Shown here piece by piece: positions 23,929 to 38,053 of a DNA stretch of 60,099 bases (the first letter of the stretch is position 1; every line of letters begins with the position of its first letter). The stretch is from NCBI GenBank assembly GCA_021432655.1, contig MU271464.1, forward strand, positions 1 through 60,099, given 5' to 3'. This DNA comes from Atractiella rhizophila. Taxonomy: Eukaryota. The translations under genes were made by a program, and so were the position numbers. The notes beneath the pieces were generated by a model. That model did no database searches, was not told the DNA's origin, and was given only the letters and a program-made list of their open reading frames with translations.

Positions 23929-25351
23929 GTCGGGGTATGCGACGTCGAGCTCCCCATCGAGCCGCAGACATTCGGCTCCTTCAAACACATCAGCATGCCC
24001 TCCCTCCACGCCGGTCTGCGCATCGACAGCGTCCTCTTCTCCGTCTTCTATCCCGCCAAAATCGACCCTTCCTCCGGCGCAACTCCAGGAGTGGCATGGT
24101 TTCCCAAGCTCGGACAGACCATCGACGGGTTCCTGAAGATGGCCAGCAGGATACCCAACAACTGGTACAGATCCATCGCATGTCCGTCCACTCCCTCACC
24201 ACCACCTACCAAGAACGCAGGTTGATGACTGATTGATTGTAACAGATCCCATCGCCGCCAGTGCCATCTACGGCACCACCTTCCCAGCCTACAAGTCTCC
24301 AACCCTCCTCCCGCCTCCAACGAACCAGGGCAAGTGGCCAGTCCTCCTCTTCTCCCACGGGGTAGGGTGCTCCCGTCTCATGTACTCCGCCTACTGTGGA
24401 GAGATGGCTTCAAGAGGTTACGTCGTTGTCGCCTTGGAGCATCGGGATGGCACTGGACCTTCCAGCACCATCAGGACCAAAGATGGGAAGACGGAGCAGC
24501 TGGATTGGTTAGATTGGAAGGACCTCGAGTTCGCTCTTCTCTGCTCCTCCTCTACTCAATGATCTTATCTGAATTAGGTGGCCTGACCTCAAGGAACAGC
24601 CTAAAGACGATACCACGCTCAGACATGAGCAGCTTCGTGTCCGACTCGCCGAATTCGAACAAGTGCTGAGGGTCTTCGAGAGCATCAACCGGGGAGAACT
24701 TATAGAGAGCCTGCTCACTTTGGGCCCTGATTGGAGCTGGAAGGAATGGGAGGGTCGTCTAGATGTCGAAAAGGGGAGAGTTCATGTCTCTGGTCATTCC
24801 TTCGGTGGGGCTGCTGCTGTGCGTCTCCTTTTTCCTCAATTACAGCTTTATAAAGTATTGTTGTGATGTGGTACAGCTCGCCGCTGCGGCAGATGACAGG
24901 TTCGCCTTTAGACGAGTTGTCACGATGGACGCCGCTACACAACGTTCGTATTTCTTCGTACCCCACATCATCCCCTCCCTGTACATTATTTTGACGCTGA
25001 GCAGGCTTGCTACCATGGGGCGACCGTCGCATCCCAAATCCACTGCTCAACATCACCTCCGGCGAATTCGTCAAAGGGGCTGAAGAGAGCGCTCTCGTCC
25101 AAATCTCCCGCACTGCCCCAAGTGGACACGTCTACATCTTCTCCATCGTGGGAGCGACCCATCCTGCCTTCTCAGACGTACACCTCATCCTTCCTGACCT
25201 AGTCAATCGGTTGATTGGACTCAAGATCGATCCGGATAAGGTCATTGAGCTCTCTGTCAAGTCGACGCATGACTTTTTGGAGGGACGAGAGGAGGAGATG
25301 ATTAAGAGGCAGGAGCGCGAGAAGAAGGTCTTCCTTAGAGAGCAGATTTGA
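23557..25351 (+). CDS. Platelet-activating-factor acetylhydrolase-like alpha/beta hydrolase
   Basis: YTGSYPVGVCDVELP, VLFSVFYP, KWPVLLFSHGVGCSRLMYS.YCGEMASRGYVVVALEHRDGTG, nucleophile GHSFGG, catalytic His in THPAFSD. Confidence 0.93.
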
Positions 25352-28300
25352 GATCACGATCCGTGGCGTGGATACTTGTAGATACTTATCTTCCCTTCGT
25401 CATGTGTATATGGAATCTTCATTTGAAACAGGCTAGCACAGCAACGAACGCTTTTCTTTTAATGCGAAATCCAATTCGCGAGATGTTGTACATGCACAAA
25501 ACTCATCAAGGCATTCACAGATATCAAACGGTACGAACAACCTTTGGACCTAAATGGATCAAGTGGGAAAATCCAGAAGAACAGACGATCACTAGAGGAG
25601 TCAACAAACAAACTGTGTCACTTTTCGACATCAAGTCTTAACAGCGTCTAAAGCCTCGACTACCCTCTTCCCGAATCCAAGCAGCTCCTCCTCCCCCCAC
25701 CTCCTTCCGACTAGTTGAACTGCAACCGGCGCATCTTTAAACAGCTCTGGGTGGTCCAAATACTCCTTCCAATTGGAGGCGTCGTCCTCAGATACAGGCT
25801 CGTGCTTCCACGATGGGTCGTCGACATTGGTTGAAGGGTCAATTGGCATCGGAATGACGAGTGTCGGATAGTCGAGGAAGTTCCATATGGCTGTATAACT
25901 GACGTATCTGTCATCCCTAAGATCAGCTCATCAGAGTCGTTGAATGGACAAGCATGGAACAAACCGATATCGCCCATGTGGAGGTGCGAGCTGAGCTCCT
26001 GCGGGAAAGAGTAAAGCGTCGACTGGCCGTCCCGTTCCTGTGAGTGAAGCGCTTGATTGCCAATAGTCATGGTAGGCGTTGCGATATTGCTCCTTTTGAA
26101 TATTTGCCTAACAACACTTTTAGGAAGTCTGTCAGTTGCAAAATAGAGATAAGTACCTGATGGTACCCATGTGCAGAAAGGGGCTCGATTTCAATCATTC
26201 CAACGATTCCGGGGAAGATTGTCTATCCGTCCATCAATGAGCCTGAGTATTCATGCAAGTAACCTGTGAATACCTCATTGCTCTCCTTCATTGTCTCTCG
26301 AAAGCTCTCCCCTGCATCTGCAAGCCAGAACTTGTAGAGCAAGTGCATTCCCGCAAGATGATCCATAGGCTTCATGGTTACAACATTGTGTCCAGCTCGC
26401 TTTACGGCGTCGACAGTCTTTCGCAATGCAGCTCGGAGTGGTGGATGCGGCATTATAATCTGCTCTCCAATTCAATCCTTCATCAAAGAATGGTCGATCG
26501 AATAGCGCACTTCGTCCCACTCCATCACACCAAAGCAGAGCTTGCCCTTTAAACCAACATCGCCGCGCCATTCCCCGCGAACGCATTTAGGGTCCTTCTC
26601 CCATGGTTTCGCATCTACGATCGCTTTATACAAAAGTTCAACTGCTCCTAATGTACGAGCCATAGGTCCGATGGTCGATTCTACAGATTCCATGCCCAGC
26701 AGAGTATTTGATACGTCTCGATAGGGGATGATGCGCGTTGTTGGGCGAAGAGAGAACAGGTGGTTGAAGACGGCAGGAATGCGAACAGATCCGCCTTAAA
26801 TGATATTGTTCAATGATGATGACAGGGGAAGAGACGATTACATACCAATGTCGGTCCCAAAACCACCTGGGCTGCCTCCCAATGCAAGGAGCGCGCCTTC
26901 CCCTCCACTGCTTCCTCCTGCAGTAAGAGTGCGATTACGGGGATTGTCTGTTCGTCCAAAAACCTTCACAGAACACGTCTACATCTTCTCCATCGTGGGA
27001 GCGACCCATCCTGCCTTCTCAGACGTACACCTCATCCTTCCTGACCTAGTCAATCGGTTGATTGGACTCAAGATCGATCCGGATAAGGTCATTGAGCTCT
27101 CTGTCAAGTCGACGCATGACTTTTTGGAGGGACGAGAGGAGGAGATGATTAAGAGGCAGGAGCGCGAGAAGAAGGTCTTCCTTAGAGAGCAGATTTGAGA
27201 TCACGATCCGTGGCGTGGATACTTGTAGATACTTATCTTCCCTTCGTCAATGTGTATATGAAATCTTTCATTTGAAACAAGCTGGCACAGCAACGAACGC
27301 TTTTCTTTTAATGCGAAATCCAATTCGCGAGATGTTGTACATGCACAAAACTCATCAAGGCATTCACAGATATCAAACGGTACGAACAACCTTTGGACCT
27401 AAATGGATCAAGTGGGAAAATCCAGAAGAACAGACGATCACTAGAGGAGTCAACAAACAAACTGTGTCACTTTTCGACATCAAGTCTTAACAGCGTCTAA
27501 AGCCTCGACTACCCTCTTCCCGAATCCAAGCAACTCCTCCTCCCCCCACCTCCTTCCGACTAGTTGAACTGCAACCGGCGCGTCTTTAAACAGCTCAGGG
27601 TGGTCCAAATACTCCTTCCAATTGGAGGCGTCGTCCTCAGATACAGGCTCGTGCTTCCACGATGGGTCGTCGACATTGCTCGAAGGGTCAATCGACGTCG
27701 GAATGACGAGTGTCGGATAGTCGAGGAAGTTCCATATGGCTGTATAACTGACGTATCTGTCATCCCTAAGATCAGCTCATCAGAGTCGTTGAATGGACAA
27801 GCATGGAACAAACCGATATCGCCCATGTGGAGGTGCGAGCTGAGCTCCTGCGGGAAAGAGTAAAGCGTCGACTGGCCGTCCCGTTCCTGTGAGTGAAGCG
27901 CTTGATTGCCAATAGTCATGGTAGGCGTTGCGATATTGCTCCTTTTGAATATTTGCCTAACAACACTTTTAGGAAGTCTGTCGGTTGCAAAATAGGGATA
28001 CGTACCTGATGGTACCCGTGTGCAGAAAGGGGCTCGATTTCAATCATTCCAACGATTCCGGGGAAGATTGTCTATCCGTCCATCAATGAGCCTGAGTATT
28101 CATGCAAGTAACCTGTGAATACCTCATTGCTCTCCTTCATTGTCTCTCGAAAGCTCTCCCCTGCATCTGCAAGCCAGAACTTGTAGAGCAAGTGCATTCC
28201 CGCAAGATGATCCATAGGCTTCATGGTTACAACATTGTGTCCAGCTCGCTTTACGGCGTCGACAGTCTTTCGCAATGCAGCTCGGAGTGGTGGATGCGGC

Positions 28301-28822
28301 ATTATAATCTGCTCTCCAATTCAATCCTTCATCAAAGAATGGTCGATCGAATAGCGCACTTCGTCCCACTCCATCACACCAAAGCAGAGCTTGCCCTTTA
28401 AACCAACATCGCCGCGCCATTCCCCGCGAACGCATTTAGGGTCCTTCTCCCATGGTTTCGCATCTACGATCGCTTTATACAAAAGTTCAACTGCTCCTAA
28501 TGTACGAGCCATAGGTCCGATGGTCGATTCTACAGATTCCATGCCCAGCAGAGTATTTGATACGTCTCGATAGGGGATGATGCGCGTTGTTGGGCGAAGA
28601 GAGAACAGGTGGTTGAAGACGGCAGGAATGCGAACAGATCCGCCTTAAATGATATTGTTCAATGATGATGACAGGGGAAGAGACGATTACATACCAATGT
28701 CGGTCCCAAAACCACCTGGGCTGCCTCCCAATGCAAGGAGCGCGCCTTCCCCTCCACTGCTTCCTCCTGCAGTAAGAGTGCGATTACGGGGATTGTCTGT
28801 TCGTCCAAAAACCTTCACAGAA
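25127..28822 (+). repeat. Tandem duplication, ~1.85-kb unit (25127-26973 / 26974-28822): PAF-AH 3' end plus amidase 3' half
   Basis: Near-identical copies. Differences cluster in ~25400-26170 versus ~27245-28020, and both ends of the unit are identical. Confidence 0.97.
25631..26973 (-). pseudogene. 3' partial copy of amidase gene
   Basis: Starts at VFGRTDNP..GGSSGGEG and runs to GFGKRVVEALDAVKT*. Lacks the N-terminus and the catalytic Lys exon. Confidence 0.88.
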
Positions 28823-29788
28823 TTAGCGTAAGTCAGTGCTAGGTGGATAGAAAAGGATGCATGCGTAGTTGTCCGTTTCGCCCCACTGGAATGAACCTCT
28901 TAGCAATTTGCGTCGTGAAATAACACATCATACCATCAAAGTTTGAGGAACATTCGTGCGACAATATAAGATCGCCCCTGCTTCCTTCAAGAGGGTAACG
29001 AGTGTCGAATCCTTGGGAGAGATGCGACCAATCCACGAAGCGTAACCTGGCCAGTTCGATGGTCAGCTGCGAAATCACAATCAAAGTCAGATAAGAGGGT
29101 AGCGAGTCCTCACTGCGAACACGGCGCGACCCCATGTATGCACGAATGAGTGGGATAACATAATGCGAAACAGTGGTGCAAGGTCATCCGCCCCACTTCA
29201 AACTTAGAAGCAGAGCCACTAACCCATTGTGCACTCTTTCCCCTCAACTTCGAACTGGTCTTTCAGGCTAATTGGCACCCCCCAAAGCGCTCCACCGTTC
29301 CATTCTCCATTCTCTTCCACTTTCCATTTATTTCCTTCTTCTTCTAACTCCTGAGCTCGCGCACGAGCTTCGTCAAACCATATCTCTGTAAGGCAATTGG
29401 TCGTTCTTCCACACATCGGATATGTTAGCCAATTACCACAACAGAGCAGAAAGGCAGGGACGCACAGCTGTGCATATGTGGCGCGCTTGATGAATCCTTC
29501 CAAGACTTCTGTGGGCCTCCACTCCGCACGCCTGAGATCTTCAGCAACCACTTCTAACGGAGCCTGCGTCATCTCCCATTCCTTCTCGCTAATCCCTAAG
29601 TCCCGATAATGCGCTTCTAACCACGACAGGACGTTGTTTTCCGATTTGGGAGGGAGGAAAGAGCTGTTGATGATGGAAGCAGGGATGAGATCATCCCTCG
29701 CTTTTCGTTTCACGAGACACCTGGCATACCAGTCGGGGATGCCTTCTGTCGCTCCGTCTTGGGGGCGCGTGTAAGAGGGCGCAAACAT
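27480..29788 (-). CDS. Amidase-signature family enzyme (acetamidase/general amidase)
   Basis: GVPISLKDQF (catalytic Lys), RTNVPQTLM, GGSSGGEGALLA, GTDIGGSVRIPA (Ser-cisSer-Lys triad), GPMART, PVAVQLVGRRWGEE. Confidence 0.94.
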
Positions 29789-32108
29789 TACTTCGTACCT
29801 TGGGTGAGTTGGTCGTCGTTTTGGGGTGCGACGCAGCGGCGAGAAGGCATACTACAGCTGGACGTCTGTCTGCGATTCTGAAAATCCAACAAAAGCGATC
29901 GCTGTGATCGTGATCACATTTAACGGGGGAGCGGACGGAAAACTGCGCGAATTAACAATCACAGACCTTGACAATCTTTCCTTGCTGCAGCAGGTAAGAG
30001 GTTAAGAAATGGAAGTTTTTAGTTTCTCGATCCTTTGAGGATCCTCCTCACTCACAGCACAGTAATTACTGTACAGCGACAACGGCGTTGATGAGTCTTG
30101 TCAGCAATTAAGGCCGCAGAGAAAGGTGGACACCTTCCTTACTGGCTCCACTGGATACTTGATAGGGATGTATTGAAAATGCTCAATATGGAGATGTTCA
30201 ACATTCCCTGTGGACACCATCTTGCGCTTCTTCCTATTAATAAGGAAGGAGGCAGGCTAGCGAGTTGTCTTCGAAGTTTCTTCTTCTGAGGAAATAGAAA
30301 GTCTGGTATGGTTTGGATCAGGTGCCATACTTTGATTGTCTTCACTGTTGGAGTTGGAGTTTTATGGTTGGTCCATCACTCACAGATAAGGCTCCAGCAT
30401 ATATTCCCTGAGACCCGTCTGCATCGACGATGATGGTCTCAGGTGAGTCTCATTGTATTTACCTTTGTTCACTTATAGATCTGCATCGACGATGATGGTC
30501 TCAGTCGTCTAAGGTCCCTCCCCTAACATTCACAACCCTTGCTTTATTCCTATCCAGCGCATGTCCAGTACCTTCTTTCTCTTTTCCAGTTTTTCAAATG
30601 AGTCCTAAGTTAGCAGTTCAGTAGAAGTCGAAACAAGCATACAAACTTGCATCTTTGAGCCCTGTGATCATGTGATGGTTGACCTTACAAGCAAAAACAG
30701 ACTTCCAAGTTGCACTATATCATAAAAGCATAACATTGCTTTCAAATGCATTTACGTCGAAATTGTCGTAATCTTTATAAAAATCCTGCTCATTGTGATG
30801 CAGTTTGATCAAATAACCCCTTGAATTGCTGGACGTGATTTTGAACACGCCTTTTGGCTTCAAAGGGCTTAGGCAATTGGTGTAGGAGTTTGTGAATTCC
30901 ATTATTTGGCCAAGATTGTAAAGGAACCTTCCAATGGGCCCTCTTCTGTGATAGTTTTCTGCTTCCACAATGGAGACGATAGCAAAACAACTCGTTAGGC
31001 GGACGAAAATCGTTTAGCAAATAGTTAACTTAGTGCAGTTAGCCTTGCCCTCTGTGGGGCGACAATCGGCCGTTGACGAGCCTGCCAGTCGAAAACCGTA
31101 CCTTGTCGACAACTGGACAGATGGGATAAACCTAGGGTTATCTCTTTCTCACAACCAAGTCATCGCGACCGTACTCTGCAGCATCACTGTAAATGACCGC
31201 CACACCTCTTTCGGAGTGTTTCAGTGGTCACCATCCCTACTTTTTCCTTTCACACATCGAGCCCAAAGCACTTCATATGTGAAGACACGCGTTATTCGTT
31301 TGATTTGAGACATTTTTCAAACCTAAGCTGTCTGAAGATTGACAGAAGGCACGAACACAGAGCATTTTACCAGAACGCCTCTTCTCGTTCTCCAATGACC
31401 TCACTTTTTTCTCTTCATCAAAATGGAACGCGCAAAAGGTGTCAACAGGAAAACGCCCCCTCCAACAGGGAGTGCTTCTACGGTCAATGGAGAGAGGGTA
31501 GAAATCTATATCTGATCGTGCCAACACACACTTTTACGAACACATAATACAATGACCTGGTGTGTTGCTTCATTGCCAACCGAGACTATTGGCATACTCT
31601 GAGGTCTAGAGCTGGAATGCTTGCATTGTATTATTGCAACAATATTAATGTTCATATTTTGCATAGCTTTTGAATGTCGCAGTATGGTTGGAGGAGGAAG
31701 CACACACTTCCCTACCATTGCTTCAGATAACGTGCCATTTTCACCCCTCCTCCCCCTTTCTCTCATCTTCAATCTTTTCTAATCCTGTTCTCTGTCTCAA
31801 TTCCTACCTCCAGATTCGGATTCGGTTTGGTGATTCATCACGTGCTCATCATCTTCATCAACTCTCAGAAAGGACGTCCACCTACTTCCTCCTGAGCTAG
31901 CCTGAGCATTTGGCAGGATACCCACTCATCGCGATTCCAGCGACAGCGACAGCATTCGCCCAAAACCTCCTTACGAACATATTATAAGACGTCGACGAAT
32001 TCACGCCTGGCAGCTGACAAGCAGACAAAGACGTGGGCACCGATCACGCGCATCCATCACAGTCCAAACACTTTGCGCCCTCGCTCATAGCGCCAAGCAC
32101 CAGCAATC

Positions 32109-35100
32109 ATGTCCTCCCTTCCCACCCAGGCCGCTCCCCAACAGCCATCGTCCACGAGGGAGTCTAACCTCCTCAACATCCTCCTCACCCCCTCCGCGTC
32201 CTCCACTTCTTCTTTCCCGACGCCAACCTCACAGCCACCCGCTTCTCAGGCGACGTACTCCTTCCCTCTCACCGCGCAACCCCCTCCCGCCACCCAGCCG
32301 CCTCCCCAGCCGAACTCGAGCCAACATACCCCCAATCTCATCCACGACCACGAGGGAGAACGTCAGGACGACATGCTCAAGCTCTTCGGTGGACACATTG
32401 GGCCGAGCAAGAAATCTTCGGGCGAGGATCTGCTGAAGACCCTCATGTCGGAACCGAGGGGAATGGAAAGGGAAGGAAGAGCGCTCTTGGAAGGATTAGT
32501 CGAGGAATTGGAGGGTGGGAGGGAGAGTGGGATGAGCGGTGGTGCCTTGAGTGCGATCAGTGGTGGGATGAGTGCCACGAGTGGAGGGAGTGAGGTTGGA
32601 GCGTACGTTCTTTTCTCTCTGTTTTTGTTTTTTATTGGTGCAGAGAAAGGAAATGTGGTTTCATTCAAAAGCTTGCGCGGTCCTTGTTCAGTTTTGACCG
32701 TTGACAGTTGAGAGTCGAAAACATGAAATATCTTGAACATTCTTCTCCAACTTACCCTCGTATGGTTTGTTATCCAATGCGGCGGTGGGAAAGCCGTTGA
32801 GCCAAAGTGACCCTTTGCTCTTCCCTTGTTCTTTTGTCGGGAGCTTGAGAGATGTGAAGATTCTGGGTCCCTTTGTTTCACTATCAGTGCGAACAACATG
32901 ACACTTTCGGGAACGAGACCATTATGCGTGGAACGTTTCAGTTACTTGAGTTATTGCTGCCGCAGTCAATGCTCTTACACTGAGATCAATATGATCGAAG
33001 ATTTTTTGACATGAAAGGTCGTGGTCATTTGTTTTGTTTTGAAACTGACATTGTATTCCAGTGCTTCCTTTCCATCCTTCCCGCATTCCAGCCTCGCTTT
33101 ACCCCTCCAGCCCACGCGAACGTCAGGTCCACACAGCTACACATTCTCGACTTCCTCACCTAGCAATACCTCTGAAGTCCCGAGCACGAATTCCCCTTCG
33201 AACGCCGCCAAATCGCCCTTCGATTTCATCTCACCCTTCGAAATGATGGAGCGACAATTCAAGCAACCAGCTCCACGGCAACCTCAGCCGCCAACACAAG
33301 CCCCAGCTCAACCACGCAAGACCTCTCCCATGGCCGGCGGCGATTCTCTCGAGAACGAGTCTCTCCCTTCCACCGGCAGCGCTAAGAAGACACAGCGAGA
33401 CGAGGTGGTGGAAGACTCACCCGAGCTGATTGCGGCTCGCCAGAAGTGGATGGCGAAGGAGTATAGGGACCGCGGAATCGAAGCTTTTGGAGGGCAGAAA
33501 AAGACTGGATTCAAGATGCCTCCATCCTCTGATCCCATAACCATCGATTGCTCAAAGCCTCTCCTCGAGAGTCTGTATACTCAACACATGACTTTGACCG
33601 CCATCACCCTGTTTGCTACGCCGGTGAAGATGGAAGTTGGGAGGAAGATGGCGGCCACCCGTGATGGCTTTATTAGCTATGCTACGAAACAAGGCATGTG
33701 CTGACCTTTAAGTTGTCCCCTCAAACTTATCCGAAACGGTGACCAGGTCGCGTTCGAGTGATTGACCGTAATACGGGGGCTCGCTTGCTACTCAAATCCC
33801 ATTCGTTGCCGATCATTGACATGGCAGTCTCCAAGATGGAAGGTCGAAGCCTGTTGAGTGCAGGATTGAGAGCAGAGAGTCTGGCTACCTGCGGGGCGGA
33901 CGGCAAGTTGATCCTGTGGAAAGTACCTAGCAACTTCCATGATGATACCACCGAGTTTGTCTTCCCTCTATTCAACCCTTTGATTTCCCCCTGATATCCT
34001 TCCTCAGGTACAGAATATCCACCGAAATTCACAGCGGCAACATGGGCACGTTCGCTGGGCTACAATGGCATCCCACCAAACCAGACGTCCTTGCTGTCAG
34101 GACGACCAAAGGAGCCTTAGCCATTTTGGACTTCGAGAAGGACGTTAGTGGGAAGATCCTGAACGGGAGAGGTCCGGTGGCATGGGAGGAGGCTATTAAA
34201 GGCCAAAGACTCGTTGTCCTTCCTACAGTGCGTTAACTGTTCTGTCGCTTTGAGATGAATGTGACCGTGATGCAGATGGCTCGTTTGATGACATTCTCTC
34301 CGGATGGGACTCTCCTCGCTGTCTACACCGACGACGGCTTCCTCTCAATACGCGAATCAGACCATCCAGAGAGAGTAGTCTTCCAATCAAAGCACAAACT
34401 GGCATCTCCCGCATCTAGCATCACTGGTGTCGAATTCCTCAACGCTCCGGGCTGCCACCCCAGATATATCTCCATCAGCAGGAACAACGGCACCAAAGTC
34501 GAAGTTTTCGAGCTCCCCAACCTTCTCCAGTCTATTCTTCAAGTCAACTTTACTGCTTCTCAAGTCGCCGGCACATCCTTACCCCCTTTGGATATGGCCA
34601 CTTCTCTTTTTTGCCATACATCCTTCCGCTCAAATGTTTCCACGCTTTTCATCTCCAACTCCCTCCGAGCGAGTGTCTTCGCTTTCCATGTTCAATTCCC
34701 GAAATCATCGGAATTTGAGAAGGAATCCAACAGAACAGATGCGGACTTCATCAAGCAGCTCGTACAGCAGAGACCCGAAGCCAGCCCGCTCAGCCCCGGC
34801 ATTCTACCCACCCCTTTCGTCGACTACGTCGTCGAGATTCCTACGGTAGAGACGGTCATCAGCTTCGCATTGGACGAGGTACCTGCGAGCCAAGAGCGCG
34901 ACGACGGAGCTCCCATCAGTTTATTCCTCAGTCACCCGAAAGGGATCAATCAGTTGTACATCGACCGAGCCGTCGTTGATCCCAAATATCAGCCAGAGCA
35001 GAAAGCCGAAACTGAGGACGAAGAAGGGGCTGGATATATGACACGGAGGATGAGTCTCGAGAGCAGTATCCAGGTTCAAGTGGAGACGGAGGTCGCTGTT

Positions 35101-36809
35101 GACGGGGAGAAGGCTCAAACGGGCGATGAGCAACCGGCGGAGTTGGATGTCCCAGAGGGCATAAACGATGCATCGATGATGGATTTGTTGGGTTCTCCAA
35201 AAGAGGCACGACTTGGAGATACTCCTGAGGTGGAAAACGATGTTTCGGTTTCGGAGATGAAGTTGGCAGGAACGGTGATTAACGGAGCTATTAGAACGAT
35301 GAAAGAGAAGAAGGAGAAGTCGGTCCCTAAGTCGGACTTCAAAGAAAAGGAGCAGACGCCCTCCACATCGAAGAGGAACGAAGGCGAAGCATCGACTCCG
35401 AGCTCGAAGGATTTGCGGAAACTTGAAGACAACCTTACTAATAAGATCGGCAAGTTGTTTACAAAGGAGATGGATAAATTCCGTATGTAAAATCACACTT
35501 TCACCTTCGCGCCATGCTAAACCGTCAACCGCAGAGCAACGGGCCGAAGAGGAGAGAGCAAGTCAAAATGCTAGCGAGCTTTCTCGTCAGGAAAACATCC
35601 TTCGTCTCGTTTCCAATGCTCTCTCCGGTAACACAAAGAAGCTCCTCGAGAGTACTGTTAAAGCCGAGATCAAAAATGTGGTCTTGCCCTCTATCTCCAA
35701 AATCATCGCCGATTCTGTCTCAGACCAAATCTCTAAAGGAGTCGCAGAAGCTTTACGAAAGGTTTGTCTCTTGCCTCAAGCTTGCAAGACAATGGATGTT
35801 GAATGTTCGATATAGACCCTACCCAACGAACTCGAACGACTTCTTTTACGACCGGATGTGTCCAGTCACATGTCAAAACACTTGGGCTCCAGCGTTGCTC
35901 CGCTAATTGAACGAAATGTGCAGACGATCATACAGCAAACCATCGTACCTCGCTTCAGGGATGGAACGCAAGCAATGCTCGAGTCGTTGATGAACGAAGT
36001 ACGATCAGAGATGGTGGATGTGAGAAAGGAGATCGTTGCAGAGCAAAGTGAAATCCTCAATGGGCAAGAGAACGAGCTGAGAGACCTCAGAGATACTGTA
36101 GATGGATTGAGGTCTCAGATTAGCAACCTCGAGAGGATGGTATTGCGGATGCAACACGGCTCGAACGGACAGGCTCCAGCTCATCAGGACACTCAGCCCG
36201 TTCAGCCTCTCCATATCAAACCCCACATCCAGCATGCTCCACGCGCCACCGGCTCTTCTTCTTCCTCACAGGCGACGCCTCCTTCGGGCAAACCGTCTCA
36301 AATTCAGCCTACCAAATATATACCCCAGCGGCCAGTCACTCCGACCTCTCAATATGAGGACCTTTTCCTCAATGTTTTGTCAAATCCTCACAACTCCCTC
36401 GTTACGCTCATCGACCAGGCACCACCACACAGGCTTAGCGCGATCTTCGCTGGTCCGAGTGGAAAACCTGTCATCAGTCAAGCCGTCATCCTCACCATGG
36501 CGCACAAAATCGCTGCGGAGCTTGACAGCACAGATGGAAAGCTGTTGGATACTGGTCGCCGGAGACTGTCTTGGCTTTGGTATTGTATTCAGTCCGCTGA
36601 TGTAAATGTGAGTGCTCATCCACGATTATCTTTCACCCTTGTTGAAACGGACTCAGGACCAAACCACCGCTGGCTACTTGGGACGAATCTTTAACGTCGT
36701 TCGCACGAGCTTGATGAGCCGACAGAAGAAGCTTGAAGCAATTGAAGATATTGATGGTGCCATGGCTATTAGCGAGGTCATCAACGCTGTCCAAGCCAAG
36801 ATTCCTTGA
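32109..36809 (+). CDS. EDC4: Enhancer of mRNA decapping 4 / Ge-1 / Pdc1 homolog (WD40, coiled coil, C-terminal domain)
   Basis: ISYATKQGRVRVIDRNTGARLLLKSH..PIIDMA WD40 start, FSPDGTLLA, RQENILRLVS..L helical region, C-terminal ISQAVILTMAH...LSWL. Confidence 0.8.
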
Positions 36810-37410
36810 GGCAATGTTCAGTAGTCGTAGGTTCAGTAATTACGTTTCATGAAAACGGACGTTTCTGGGTTTTCATGATATCCACCTAATATACTTTCGT
36901 AGTACAACACTCCACGTCAGTTTTTGTTCTTGCGGTGCCGATCATTTGTGCTGCCCTGTCGTTCAACACATCCCTCCGCAACGCAAATTTTCATGCACTA
37001 CATGCAACATGCCATCTCTTCTGTCTTTTTTCGGTCAAGTTTCTAACATGTTCCATGGAATACGATCTGTATACGCAAATGCAATTGACACGATTTCCTC
37101 TTTCGCTCCTCTACGACTTCAAGTCGGTCCAAGCTTATCATCTATCGAACTCAAGATTTAGTATGTAGAACTGCTCCCATTTTATCCCCACGAAATAATT
37201 CGTCCAAAATCGCATATCCATCCCTGAGCGCCCCGAACCTCTTGGTCCAGACAAATCTCTGTTTCGACTCTATCATTTCTTTGTGCAATGGCACAATAAA
37301 CAAGTAATCGCTTCAGGACTGGCACCACAACACCGCGTCGTCTAAATGCTCTCGAGCTGTTTTGTTTTGGGCGCTCTTCTACACATGGGCAGATTGCGAT
37401 TCGGCCGTTA

Positions 37411-38053
37411 TTGCAAAGTCAGAACAACGCTCATATCCTCGCGCCAAGGCTCAAAGGTGTCCTTGTTGGTAGAAAGGACAGGCTTTACATCGTGACAGAA
37501 TTTATTGAAGGTGTCGAGCTAGAGCGCTTGGAAGAATTTAAAGGAGGAGCAGAGATCGAAAGCAATGACAGAACTTCGGCCAGCCTTAAACCTTCCGAAC
37601 CAGTCTGATAACCCTTTCATGACATCCATGACTGCTCACGGCACTCACTGGTGGGTGCCATTTTCGCATCGGACGAGAGCGCTTCGGACCTTTCCGCTTT
37701 ATCAGCGAATTCCACACGTTCCTTGCTCTCGACTACATCCTCCAGATCCCCCGTTATGGCCAGATGTTTGGGTCTGAGCTCGCAGTACTCGAAAGACGCG
37801 ATGCTCGAGTTTAAGGCGAAACAATACGTTTTTAAGTTCAGTCATGGCGATATCGTACCCTCAATTATTTTAGTCCATCCGATGACTGGAAACATTCGAG
37901 GAATTGTTGACGCGGAGTTTCTGGGTGGTTTCCAGAGTTCTGGGAATATGTTGGGTGGGTGGGACACAGGCCGATAACCCTCTCTGCGAAGAATGTGGAA
38001 AGGTTTAGGATGCAGGCAGCCGAGCGACGGTACAATGATGAGCTGGAGATGTA
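37411..38053 (+). pseudogene. APH/choline-kinase-like phosphotransferase relic
   Basis: APRLKG..YIVTEFIEGVEL and FSHGDIVPSIILV....IRGIVDAEF.G resemble HGDL.P.NI / IIDWE.AG. Frameshifted, with catalytic motifs decayed. Confidence 0.6.

Noticed and set aside
26800..27198. 132-aa ORF as an independent gene
   Set aside because: It is a by-product of the duplication junction (antisense amidase plus PAF-AH tail).
31125..31142. Near-palindrome gataaacctagggttatc and isolated TTAGGG hexamers (e.g. ~39102)
   Set aside because: Single units are expected by chance; there is no interstitial telomere array.
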